From Acidobacteriota bacterium (lineage in GTDB: Bacteria > Acidobacteriota > UBA890 > WLXD01), in contig CAXWPH010000015.1 of NCBI GenBank assembly GCA_963666055.2, forward strand, positions 1,536,001-1,600,000: 64,000 nucleotides of DNA. Direction: 5' to 3'. The notes beneath the pieces are model-generated. The model was not told the DNA's origin. It was given only the letters and a program-made list of their open reading frames with translations, and did not search any database. This document shows, in pieces, positions 26,748 to 35,949 of the stretch (positions are counted from its first letter, which is position 1; each line of letters opens with the position of its first letter). A program made the translations under genes and the position numbers.

Positions 26748-29198
26748 TCAGTGGATCCCGTCGATATCCGCGGCCACGTCGGCTGGCTGAACCTGGTTGT
26801 TGCTGCGAAAGGCTGGGCTCGTCGCCACTCCCAGGATGAACGACGACATCCGGTAGTCGTTGCGTGAGGCCGCGCGCACGATGGCGCGGATCTCTCGCAT
26901 GTCAGGGTACTCTACCCGCCGCCCGAGTCCATACGCCATCAGGTTTTCGGTGAAGGTCGTGATAAGCGCCGGCGAGTACTTGAGCAGCGCTTCACGTAGG
27001 TCCGTCGGGCTGCTCAGGGCGGTGCCATCGTAGAGGCTGCCCGATGTGTCGACGGGGTTGCCGTTGTCCTTCGTGCGCCAAGCACCGGTAACGTCGAAGT
27101 TCTCCAGCGCCAGGCCGATCGGGTCGATCGCCCGGTGGCAGCTGGCACACGCCGGGCTGGCGCGATGCTGCTCCATCCGCTCGCGCACGGTCAGCTCGCG
27201 ACCGTCGGCGACTGCCTCGGTGGCATCCAACTCCGGCACGTTCGGTGGTGGTGGCGGTGGCGGGCTTCCGAGCAGCACCGACATCACCCACTTGCCGCGC
27301 AGTACCGGCGAGGTTCTTTCGGCGTGCGAGGTCAGCGTCAAGATGCTGCCATGCCCCAGTAGGCCGCGTCGCTCCGGGTCCCGAACCGGCACGCGACGGA
27401 AGTGGTCTCCGCTGACGTTCGGAATGCCGTAGTGGCGAGCCAGGCGCTCGTTCACGAACGTGTAGTCAGCGCGCAGCAGATCGAGCACGCTACGGTCATC
27501 CTCGACGAGGCTGTTGAAGAGCAACACCGTCTCGCGCCGCATGGCTGCTGCGAGCTCCTCGTGGAAGTCTGGGAACATCAAGGCATCCGGGTGCACCTTG
27601 TCGAGGTCCTGCAGCCGCAACCACTGCGCCGCGAATCGCGTTCCCAACGCTGCGGCGCGCGGATGTTGCAGCATTCTGTGGACCTGCTGCTCGAGCACCG
27701 CATCTTCCGAGAGTCGGTTTTCCCGCGCCAGCGTCATCAGTTCCTCGTCCGGCCGGGCGCCCCACAGGAAGAACGACAGACGTGACGCCAACGCTACATC
27801 GCTGATCCTGTAGCGCTGGCCGCCGGCCTGGGCCGCGGCCGGCGCTTCAAAGCGCAAGACGAAGTGGGGGCTCGACAGCAATGCCTCCAGCGCCGCGCGG
27901 ATGCCGGCCTCGAAGCCACCCCCGGCGGCGCCCTTTTGGAAGAACGACATCAACCCGGCAATGTCTCGCTCGTTGGCTGGACGCCGGTAGGCCTGTGTGG
28001 CCAGTCGCGTGATGATCTCCTCCGCGCACGGTGCTTCTTCACTGGGTGAGGTGGGACGGCATGTGAAGATCTTCTGGCGGCTCGGCGTGGCGGAGACGCT
28101 AGTAGCGTTGTGTGGCCCGATGATCGCGGCGCTCTGAAGGTGGACGAGGCTGGTGATCCCGTGCACCGATCCAATCGACCGATCCGCCAGGCTCCACTCG
28201 TGCGGTGATATCAGGTCGACCGAGGGCCCCTCCGACCGTTGGATGAACGTGACAGAGATCCGTTGCGCTCCCGCTCGAATGAATATCCGGTCGGTAGACA
28301 GGCTCTGGTTATCGGGGTCCATGAACCGATCGACATCGAGCAACGCGGCGCGCTCGTTGTTGACCGACACTTCGATCTGTTCCTGGTGGAGAAGGGCCTT
28401 GCCGAACAACAGTCCTTCTGGCGCGTCGAAGACGGTGAGGGTGAAGACGTACTCGCCGTCGGCCGGGAAGTTGTGAATTACCGATAATCCGCCGCGGGTT
28501 CCGTACGGTGCCCCCTTCACCCGTTCACGCTGCGACGTGTAGCGCGACATCGGGTACTTGGCTACGGCTAGCGAGGCGTTGGGGTCACCTACTGCTAAAC
28601 GGCTGATCTCGGCCGCCGCACTCAGGTAGCCTTCCATCACCGTCGCGGAGAGGCCTTGAACGTCGGCGATATTGTCGAAGCCGGCGCTTAGCGGGTCGGG
28701 CGGCAGGTAAGCGCTGGCATCGATCTCGAGGTCGAGCAGGTCGCGCACGGAACGCTCGTACTCGACTTGATTGAGCCGCTGGAACGTCCGCCCGCCGGGG
28801 TTGGGGTTGGCCGCGGCAGCTGCGTCGACGCGGGAAGCGAGAGCTGTGACCAACGCGGTGAGCGTGGCGTCGTCAGGGCGCCGCGCTGGGAGCGCCGGCA
28901 TCATTCCCGTTTCCAGCTTGCGGATCATCTTCTCGGTGACCTCGGCGTTCTCATGAGCCCTGGCGACGTCGAAGTGCTCGAGGCTCAGACCACCGCGCAT
29001 CGTGCTGTCGTTGTGGCACCGCAGGCAGTAGCGGCCGATGACCTGGTTCTGATCCTGGTAGGCCGCGGCAGCGATTGCCCGGTCGCCGGGCATCGTGCTG
29101 CTGTCGAGCGCAGGCTGGTGCTGCGCCAGACTAGCCCTTGCCGTCACGCCGAGGCCGAGGAGCCCGATGACGGCGAGAGAGAGCATCGACCGCTTCAT
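26748..29198 (-). CDS. DUF1587/1592/1588/1585/1595 protein with two c-type heme motifs
   Basis: CLRCH, QRLNQVEYERSVRDLL, LASRLSFFLW, TSPVLRGKW, CASCH, ALENFD. Confidence 0.9.
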   Translation of the reverse strand: MKRSMLSLAVIGLLGLGVTARASLAQHQPALDSSTMPGDRAIAAAAYQDQNQVIGRYCLRCHNDSTMRGGLSLEHFDVARAHENAEVTEKMIRKLETGMMPALPARRPDDATLTALVTALASRVDAAAAANPNPGGRTFQRLNQVEYERSVRDLLDLEIDASAYLPPDPLSAGFDNIADVQGLSATVMEGYLSAAAEISRLAVGDPNASLAVAKYPMSRYTSQRERVKGAPYGTRGGLSVIHNFPADGEYVFTLTVFDAPEGLLFGKALLHQEQIEVSVNNERAALLDVDRFMDPDNQSLSTDRIFIRAGAQRISVTFIQRSEGPSVDLISPHEWSLADRSIGSVHGITSLVHLQSAAIIGPHNATSVSATPSRQKIFTCRPTSPSEEAPCAEEIITRLATQAYRRPANERDIAGLMSFFQKGAAGGGFEAGIRAALEALLSSPHFVLRFEAPAAAQAGGQRYRISDVALASRLSFFLWGARPDEELMTLARENRLSEDAVLEQQVHRMLQHPRAAALGTRFAAQWLRLQDLDKVHPDALMFPDFHEELAAAMRRETVLLFNSLVEDDRSVLDLLRADYTFVNERLARHYGIPNVSGDHFRRVPVRDPERRGLLGHGSILTLTSHAERTSPVLRGKWVMSVLLGSPPPPPPPNVPELDATEAVADGRELTVRERMEQHRASPACASCHRAIDPIGLALENFDVTGAWRTKDNGNPVDTSGSLYDGTALSSPTDLREALLKYSPALITTFTENLMAYGLGRRVEYPDMREIRAIVRAASRNDYRMSSFILGVATSPAFRSNNQVQPADVAADIDGIH

Positions 29199-29356
29199 TC
29201 ACCTGTCTCCATTGCGGAACCGGGGCTCGAGAAAATCGATACCGGCGCGGAGTTCGCCAGCCTCCGCGGAGCCCTGATGTGCAGTATACGGCTGCCATCG
29301 CCGGCTTGCCCAGACCTGCAGGAGCAGATCCTCCATTCCTCGCCTGGCTGGCCGAT

Positions 29357-29636
29357 CTAGCAGGCTGTGGTGAAAGTGTGGTGGGTCTGGTTACGGCGAG
29401 TTGGCGCCAGATGCAAGGCGGCCTGACACTGGCGATGCCCCGGCCATCGTCGAGGAAGGCCAACGCTGCAGATGGCCCCAAATCGCCGTAACCCTTCGGG
29501 CGACAGGGGGGTTGCGCGCGTACGCTGCGTCGTTCCTCGTCAACGATGGAGTAGCCATCGCCTCCTCCTCTCTCCTTGCCTGCGCCTCGCAAGACCCTGT
29601 CGCCAGACCCATCACACTTTCACCACGGCCTGCTAG
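29357..29636 (-). mobile_element. Full-length 280-bp MITE-like element, CTAG at both ends
   Basis: TIRs CTAGCAGGCTGTGGTGAAAGTGTGGTGGGTCTGG / CCAGACCCATCACACTTTCACCACGGCCTGCTAG; inverted homologue of 57799-58076; no transposase. Confidence 0.9.
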
Positions 29637-29669
29637 CAGGCCCGCCACACTTCCACCACCGCCTGCCAG
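29633..29669. repeat. Mini-derivative abutting the MITE and sharing its CTAG
   Basis: CTAGCAGGCCC-GCCACACTTCCACCACCGCCTGCCAG. Confidence 0.7.
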
Positions 29670-29679
29670 GCCGCCAATG

Positions 29680-30558
29680 TCACGGTCGATCCGTTGATTC
29701 TGCCGCCGCAATGGCCGCTCGAAGCGCCTTCACCGTCTTGTCGACGCGAAACTGCATGAGCTTGTTTCCGATCTCCAGAGTGGCCTCCAGGTCGGCGATG
29801 CTTTGACCGTTGATGCTCGCCTTTCCGGCCTTCACACGCTGCTCGTAGCGCACGGTCTCGGGATCGACCGTCATCTGCATCGCGGTGAGCCAATAGAAGT
29901 CGTGATAGCCCTCGTTTTCCTCCACGATGCCGAGCTCGGTGTTCATGTACTCGATCACGTCATCTGCGTTGTAGAACTCCGGAATGAAGTGAGCAATCGT
30001 TGTTCCCCAGCGCTCGTTGACCTGCTCGGCGACGTTCCGCATGCCGGACTGGTTTCCGCCACTGGCGCCGAGGAACGCGATGTGCTCGAAGCCGTGCACC
30101 TTCAGGCTGGAGGCGGCATCGTCGAGCATCATCTCGAAGGTCTCCTGTCGAACGCTGATCGTGCCCGGATACCTCATGTGGCCGGTGGGCGGGTCGATGT
30201 TGCCCTCCGGTACAAGCTTGATGATCGGCGCGCACAGTGCGTCGCCTAGCGCCCGGGCGATTCGCTCGCAGAGGCCCTGTAGCTCGTAGTTGTGCTTACC
30301 GGTTGCCACATACGGCCCGTTTTGCTCCATGCCGCCGGTAGTCAGAATGGCGATCTTCTTGCCCGCCGCCATGGCGTCGCGTACCTCGATCCAGGTGAGC
30401 TCCTCGATCCACACGGAATCGAGTGCCTCGATGGGTCTTTGCATGGCGAGCTCGCGCTGAATGCGCGCCTCGCGGTCGGCGTTCTGACCGCCCGCGATCC
30501 CGATGCCCGCCACCACGATCAGTAGTGTGGCCAGGCTCAGCAGCTTGCGTCTTGTCAT
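29680..30558 (-). CDS. Creatininase-family protein, secreted
   Basis: WIEELTWIEVRDA, GGMEQNGP, GKHN, YPGTIS, SGGNQ. Confidence 0.88.
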   Translation of the reverse strand: MTRRKLLSLATLLIVVAGIGIAGGQNADREARIQRELAMQRPIEALDSVWIEELTWIEVRDAMAAGKKIAILTTGGMEQNGPYVATGKHNYELQGLCERIARALGDALCAPIIKLVPEGNIDPPTGHMRYPGTISVRQETFEMMLDDAASSLKVHGFEHIAFLGASGGNQSGMRNVAEQVNERWGTTIAHFIPEFYNADDVIEYMNTELGIVEENEGYHDFYWLTAMQMTVDPETVRYEQRVKAGKASINGQSIADLEATLEIGNKLMQFRVDKTVKALRAAIAAAESTDRP

Positions 30559-30631
30559 CGAAGGCCTCCTTGTTGAGTCGGGCTCCTTGCGGCGTGTCCA
30601 GACCCTGCAATCTGCGCTGCGTGCGATACGG

Positions 30632-32344
30632 CTATCTGCGCTTCACACGGAATACCATGTCGCGGTGTACGTTGCCGTGGGCGCGTCCGATGCGAAAGCG
30701 CGCCCAGCCATCCTCCTGCACGGTCATCTCCATCTCCCGCCAGCTGCCCATGTTGCCCCGTACCGTCAGGCTGCCGCCGCGCAGGCGCTCTCCGGCGGCA
30801 TCGATGCGCTGGGCCAGCATCATTGAAGGCGAGCCAAGGAACGTCGGTTCGCCGTCGTCCGTTCTGCCGATCGCCAGCGCGCCCACCAGCCCGGCGAGGA
30901 CGAGCTGCGCGCCAGGATCGCCGCGCACCGCGAAGTAGCGCTCCTCGTAATACAGGTGATTGGTGAAGCTGTAGGTGCCGGGCTCGAGCTCCTCGGCGGT
31001 GCCGGCGTCGTCCCCGCCGCGCACCCGCGCAATGGGTGACGGAAAGCTCGAGCTCGTTGTGCCGCTGAGGATGAAGTCGGTCGTCGCCCGAACCACCGCG
31101 CCGACGCCGCGGAACAACTGCTCGGCGCTCGGGGCATCGAAGTAGTCGCCGCCGCCGGCGCTGGCGAGCGTCGACAGCGCGTCGGCCGCCTGCGCATCGA
31201 CACCCAGACCGACGGCGTGGATCCTTATCGGAATCCCGCCGGCACGGAGCTCGGCGGCGACCGCCACAGGGTCGCCGCCACAGGATTCGATGCCGTCGCT
31301 GATCAGCAGCAACACGCCACCGCCGCCCTCACGCAGGTCGCTCGCTGCGGCACGTAGGCTGAGCGCCAGGGGAGTCTGCCCGCGCGGTTGCAGTGACGCG
31401 GAGCGCTCCAGGATTTGCCGGGCACTGCCGGGCTGCGGTGCGATGAGCAGCTCCGTATCCCGACATCCGGCCTCCCTGTCGTCGTAAGCGACGCGGTGAC
31501 CGTAGGCGCGCAGGCCGACCGGCATCGAAAGCGGCACATCAATCAGAGCTCCGGCCAACGCTTCTCTGGCAAGCTCGATCTTGACCCGGCCGTCGACCTG
31601 TCCCCACATACTGTTGCTGACATCGAGAATCACCTGCAGCTGGGCGCCGGCGGCAGCGCCAACGGTCGCCGGGCCCGGCACGTCTAGGTCCGTCGGCAGC
31701 GCCTCGAGCGTGGCCATCTCGAAGCTGGTTTCGTCGAAGGCGCGCGTGTAGGTTCCGCCCGTAACCAGCGCGATTCCGGCGAGCTGGTGCGAGACGCGCT
31801 CACCGAGGCTGATGGTATGGATGCGGATGCCGTTTGCCTCGGCGCGTGCCACCCCCACCGGGTCCGCGCCGCAGGTTTCTTCGCCGTCGCCAATAATCAG
31901 CATCTCCTTGCGCTGTGCGTCCACCGCGCGCAGATCTTCAAGTCCCTGGCGCATGGTCAACACCAGCGGTGTGGCGCCGTCCCAGCCGATTGACTCCATC
32001 GACTGGCGCCAGCGCCGTGGCTCGAAAGAAGCGAAAGGAACAGCAAGTCTGGAAGCGCCGCATACATCGCTGCCTGGTCCTTCACCCAGGAGACGCAGTG
32101 CTACCGCTGTGCCCTCGGGGAGCCCGGCAAGCGTACGCAGCAGCCCTCGTTGGGCGAGGTCCCGCTTCACCCCTCCCTCGACCTGTTCTTTCATGCTCCC
32201 TGAAACGTCGAGCACGACCACCATAGCGGCGTCGTACGACTGCGCGGCGGTCACCTGGGTTGCCCCTGCCAGGCCAACGGCTGCGAGCGTTGCGACTACG
32301 GCAGGTCCGCAGAGGGTCGGGCACCGGCGAGCTGAAGAGGTCAT
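30632..32344 (-). CDS. Secreted protein with two tandem VWA domains
   Basis: MIDAS motifs DVSGSM and DVSNSM, each followed by TPL and DGxExCGxDP. Confidence 0.88.
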   Translation of the reverse strand: MTSSARRCPTLCGPAVVATLAAVGLAGATQVTAAQSYDAAMVVVLDVSGSMKEQVEGGVKRDLAQRGLLRTLAGLPEGTAVALRLLGEGPGSDVCGASRLAVPFASFEPRRWRQSMESIGWDGATPLVLTMRQGLEDLRAVDAQRKEMLIIGDGEETCGADPVGVARAEANGIRIHTISLGERVSHQLAGIALVTGGTYTRAFDETSFEMATLEALPTDLDVPGPATVGAAAGAQLQVILDVSNSMWGQVDGRVKIELAREALAGALIDVPLSMPVGLRAYGHRVAYDDREAGCRDTELLIAPQPGSARQILERSASLQPRGQTPLALSLRAAASDLREGGGGVLLLISDGIESCGGDPVAVAAELRAGGIPIRIHAVGLGVDAQAADALSTLASAGGGDYFDAPSAEQLFRGVGAVVRATTDFILSGTTSSSFPSPIARVRGGDDAGTAEELEPGTYSFTNHLYYEERYFAVRGDPGAQLVLAGLVGALAIGRTDDGEPTFLGSPSMMLAQRIDAAGERLRGGSLTVRGNMGSWREMEMTVQEDGWARFRIGRAHGNVHRDMVFRVKRR

Positions 32345-32444
32345 GCTCCGTCCGTGGGTGTTCAGAGATCACAGTGCAGGATTATAGGTCCGCGGCCGGT
32401 TGTGTAGGCGCTGCCGGGTATGTTCCGGCTTGGCCGGTCAACGG

Positions 32445-32467
32445 ACACTTCCACCACAGCCTGTTAA
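32445..32467. repeat. Solo MITE end with TTAA boundary
   Basis: ACACTTCCACCACAGCCTGTTAA. Confidence 0.6.
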
Positions 32468-32510
32468 GGTTCGCTACGCCATGTCCCGCAGATTCACAGG
32501 AGCCCGACCG

Positions 32511-33425
32511 ATGAAACTCCGCCGCGCTGCTCTAGTCGTTGCCACCACCTTTATCCTCGCCGTCGGCGCGGTCATACCGGACCTGTTCGCCCAGCAGGAT
32601 TTCGACGCTGTGGAGATCGATACCATCGAGGTGGCGGACGGCGTCTACATGCTGATGGGCGCCGGAGGCAACATCGGCCTGAGCGTCGGGGACGACGGCG
32701 CGTTCGTCGTCGACGACCAGTTCGCGCCGCTTACCGACAAGATCCGCGCGGCCATTGCGGCGGTGACCGACGCGGAGGTCAAGTTTGTCGTCAACACCCA
32801 CTGGCACGGTGACCACACCGGCGGCAACGAGGCCTTCGGATCCGCCGGCGCCATGATCGTAGCGCACGACAACGTCCGCAAGCGGATGAATCCGGAGCAG
32901 TTCGGGGAGGTGATGGGGAGCACCGAGCAGGCGCCGCCGGCGGCCTTGCCGGTAGTGACTTTCAGCGACGAAGTTACGTTCTACTGGAACGACGAGAAGA
33001 TCCAAGTCGAGCATGTCAGGCACGCGCATACCGACGGCGATGCCCTGATCTGGTTTACCGGCGCCAACGTAGTGCACATGGGCGACAACTTCTTCAACGG
33101 TGTCTACCCATACATCGACGTCGACTCGGGCGGCAACGTCGACGGGATGCTCGCCAGCGCCCGGCAAGTCTTGGCGCGAATCGACTCCGACACCAAGATC
33201 ATCCCCGGCCATGGGGCGCTCGCCGGCGCCGAGGAACTACGCCGGTTCCGCGACGTGCTGACCTTGGCGCGTGACCGCGTCGGCGCGATGATCAACGACG
33301 GGATGAGCCTCGAGGAGGTCATCGCGGCGCTGCCGATGTCCGACCACGACGAGGCATGGGGCGGCGGCTTCATGTCGCCGGATCGTTTTCTGACCGTCGT
33401 GTACCGCAGCATCGCCGGCGAGTAG
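32511..33425 (+). CDS. Secreted MBL-fold metallo-hydrolase
   Basis: AGGAG RBS; THWHGDHTGGN, AHTDGD, HMGD, IIPGHG. Confidence 0.9.
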   Translation: MKLRRAALVVATTFILAVGAVIPDLFAQQDFDAVEIDTIEVADGVYMLMGAGGNIGLSVGDDGAFVVDDQFAPLTDKIRAAIAAVTDAEVKFVVNTHWHGDHTGGNEAFGSAGAMIVAHDNVRKRMNPEQFGEVMGSTEQAPPAALPVVTFSDEVTFYWNDEKIQVEHVRHAHTDGDALIWFTGANVVHMGDNFFNGVYPYIDVDSGGNVDGMLASARQVLARIDSDTKIIPGHGALAGAEELRRFRDVLTLARDRVGAMINDGMSLEEVIAALPMSDHDEAWGGGFMSPDRFLTVVYRSIAGE

Positions 33426-33535
33426 GCGCAGCAGCGGTCCGCGCCGCGATGGCCGGCGTTGCGCCTCCTTGAAGTAACCAATCTACGTCTGCGTCGGCGC
33501 GCCTTGGCCTCCGCGCCGCGTCCTCGCTGTTGCGC
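33426..33535 (+). repeat. Stand-alone GCGTTG...GCCTTG stem-loop module immediately after a TAG stop
   Basis: Outer stem GCGCAGCAGCG/CGCTGTTGCGC around GCGTTGCGCCTCCTTGAAGTA-ACCAATC-TACGTCTGCGTCGGCGCGCCTTG. Confidence 0.7.
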
Positions 33536-33614
33536 CCGCTCGCTCTGGATCCGCGCTTGGGTTCTCGTTGTCGGACGGGTTGTCGGACGAGGAGGTCGCT
33601 CGGCGAGGTAATCG

Positions 33615-35378
33615 CTAGTAGCCGATCGCGGTGCCGTCCTTTCGGGGATCGGTGCCGCCGTGCAGCATGCCGGTGACCGGGTTGATCATGATCGCCTGGT
33701 AGCCGCCCATTGCGCCGCCGCCGGCGCGGCGAATCACGTGCCCCATGGCCTCGAGCTGGGCGACGACTTCGTCGGAAATACCGCTCTCTACCAGCACCGT
33801 GCCACCGGTCGGGGCTTCGCCGGCTCGGGGCGTCTCTCCCATGTGGCGCCAGCGTGCCGCATCACCGGCCTCCTGCACGCTCAAGCCGAAGTCGATGAGG
33901 TTGGCCAGCACCTGAGTATGGCCCTGCGGCTGCATGTTGCCGCCCATGACGCCGAACGTCAGCCACGGGACGCCGTCCTTGGTCACCATGCCCGGCATGT
34001 TGGTGTGCAGCGAGCGCTTGTGAGGTTCCAGTACGTTCAGGTGGCCCTGCTCGAGGCTGAAGCCGATGCCGCGGTTCTGCATTGCGAAGCCGAGGTCTCC
34101 GGGCACCACCCTGGAACCGAACGAGTCGAAGATGCTCTGGATCAGCGATACGGCGTTGCGGTCCTTGTCGACCACCGACAGATAGACGGTGTCGCCATGC
34201 TCGAGCGGGTCGCCTGGTGTCACGGTGAGCGCCGCGCGCGTCGCGTCGACCATGGCGCGTCGGCTGACCCCGTAGGGCTTGGAGATGAGCTCCGCCACCG
34301 GCAGAGCGTTGAACTCGGGGTCGGCGACGTAATGAGTGCGGTCGGCGAAGGCGAGCTTCTTGGCCTCGATCATTCGATGTAGCGTGGCGGCGCTGTTGTG
34401 CCCCAGGCTCGCGAGGTCGTAGCCCTCGAGGATGTTGAGCATCATCAGCGCGGTGATGCCGTGACTGTTGGGCGGTAGCTCCCACACCTCGTAGCCGTGG
34501 TAACTAGTACTCACGGGCTCGACCCAGGTCGACGTGTGGTCTTCGAAGTCGCGCTTCGAGAGGTAGCCATTGTTGGCTTCGCTGAAGGCGACGATGCGAT
34601 CGGCTATGGCGCCTCGATAGAAGACGTCGCGGCCTTCGTTGCCGATCGCCTCGTAGACGCGAGCGAGGTTCGGATTGCGGAAGACGTCGCCCTTCTTTGG
34701 GGCGTGCCCGCCGGGGAGGTAGGTCTTGGCGGAATCCGGCCACTCGGCCAGCGCTGCCTCCTCCTCCTGCCATTGGCCGGCGATGATCTCGCTGACCGGG
34801 AACCCGTCGCGTGCGTATGCGATCGCCGGTGCCAGCACCTGCCCGAGCGTCATCGTTCCATGTCGTTCGAGTAACTCTGCCCAGGCGTCGACCGCGCCGG
34901 GCACCGTCCAGGGCACCAGTCCTCTGCCTGGGATCCGATCGAGATTACGCTTGCGTAGCGCTTCGAGACTCAGCGCGTAGGGGGACCTACCGGTGCCGTT
35001 GAGAGCGTAGAGCTTCTGCTCTTCGGCGTTCCAGACGATGGCGAACAGATCGCCACCGACGCCGTTCATGTGCGGCTCGACCAGCCCTAGCATGGCGTTG
35101 ACCGCCACCGCCGCGTCGATAGCGTTGCCGCCCGCCTTGAGGATGTCGATGCCAACTTGTGCCGCCAGCGGTTGGCTGGCGGCAACCATGCCATGGGGCG
35201 CGATCACTTCCGAGCGGCTGCCCTTGGGCGTGTGAGCCGGCCGATCGTACCCGGATCCCTGCGTGCTCGATTGATCCTGAGCGCCCGCCGTCTCGGAGCT
35301 GGCCAGCTCGGGGAAGTCACTACCGGTGATGCTCACTGCCACCACCGTGATCGCGAGCAACGCTGCGCCAACATGCAC
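33615..35378 (-). CDS. ggt: Gamma-glutamyltransferase
   Basis: GGNAIDAAVA, GVGGDLF, TVPGAV, GD-T-VY nucleophile, GVMGG, DPRKDG. Confidence 0.93.
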   Translation of the reverse strand: MHVGAALLAITVVAVSITGSDFPELASSETAGAQDQSSTQGSGYDRPAHTPKGSRSEVIAPHGMVAASQPLAAQVGIDILKAGGNAIDAAVAVNAMLGLVEPHMNGVGGDLFAIVWNAEEQKLYALNGTGRSPYALSLEALRKRNLDRIPGRGLVPWTVPGAVDAWAELLERHGTMTLGQVLAPAIAYARDGFPVSEIIAGQWQEEEAALAEWPDSAKTYLPGGHAPKKGDVFRNPNLARVYEAIGNEGRDVFYRGAIADRIVAFSEANNGYLSKRDFEDHTSTWVEPVSTSYHGYEVWELPPNSHGITALMMLNILEGYDLASLGHNSAATLHRMIEAKKLAFADRTHYVADPEFNALPVAELISKPYGVSRRAMVDATRAALTVTPGDPLEHGDTVYLSVVDKDRNAVSLIQSIFDSFGSRVVPGDLGFAMQNRGIGFSLEQGHLNVLEPHKRSLHTNMPGMVTKDGVPWLTFGVMGGNMQPQGHTQVLANLIDFGLSVQEAGDAARWRHMGETPRAGEAPTGGTVLVESGISDEVVAQLEAMGHVIRRAGGGAMGGYQAIMINPVTGMLHGGTDPRKDGTAIGY

Positions 35379-35481
35379 GGAGCCCCTCCTTGAAATTAGT
35401 AGATGGCGGCGAAGTTACCAGAATGAAGGGCCGAGTATCAGGGGCGAGAGGAGTCTGGCGCGGTCGCGCTGTGATCCGTCC

Positions 35482-35532
35482 TTGACAAACTGCGACAAAC
35501 GACGCACTTTAAGTGCGACACTTGTCGCAGTT
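35482..35532 (+). promoter_or_regulatory. Promoter with paired BlaI-type operators
   Basis: TTGACA at 35482; perfect TGCGACA-CT-TGTCGCA (35514-35529) and imperfect TGCGACA-AA-CGACGCA (35491-35506). Confidence 0.75.
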
Positions 35533-35553
35533 CTTGATAGAGGAACTCAGGCA

Positions 35554-35949
35554 ATGGCAAGGAAGCTTCCAGACTTATCGAGATTCGAGCTGCAGTGCCT
35601 GCGGTTGCTGTGGCAGAGCGGAGAAGCATCCGCTGGCGTGGTCCACGCACAACTCCAAGACCCGCCCTCATACTCGACTGTCCGCAAGATCTTCGAGCGT
35701 CTGGAGACCAAGGGCGCCATCGAGCGCGTCGGCAAGTCCGGCCGCTCGGTGGTGTATCGGCCCTCGGTCAGCGGGCCGGCGATGATCCGCAAGGAGATCG
35801 CGCGGTTGCTCGATTCGTTGTTCGACGGCGCCGCGGCTCCGTTGCTGAGCCACCTGGCCCAGATGCGGGCGCTGGACCTCGACGATCTGCGTGAGATCGA
35901 GAGACAGCTCGCCGGCGACGACGCCCTCGACCGGGAGTCGGAATCATGA
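35554..35949 (+). CDS. BlaI/MecI/CopY-family repressor
   Basis: LSRFELQCLRLLW, SYSTVRKIFERLETKG, LLDSLFDG. Confidence 0.92.
   Translation: MARKLPDLSRFELQCLRLLWQSGEASAGVVHAQLQDPPSYSTVRKIFERLETKGAIERVGKSGRSVVYRPSVSGPAMIRKEIARLLDSLFDGAAAPLLSHLAQMRALDLDDLREIERQLAGDDALDRESES

Noticed and set aside
29131-29893. Short ORFs within the MITE copies (also 57809-58042, 5751-5948)
   Set aside because: Their mutual similarity reflects the DNA repeat; frames are not conserved between copies.
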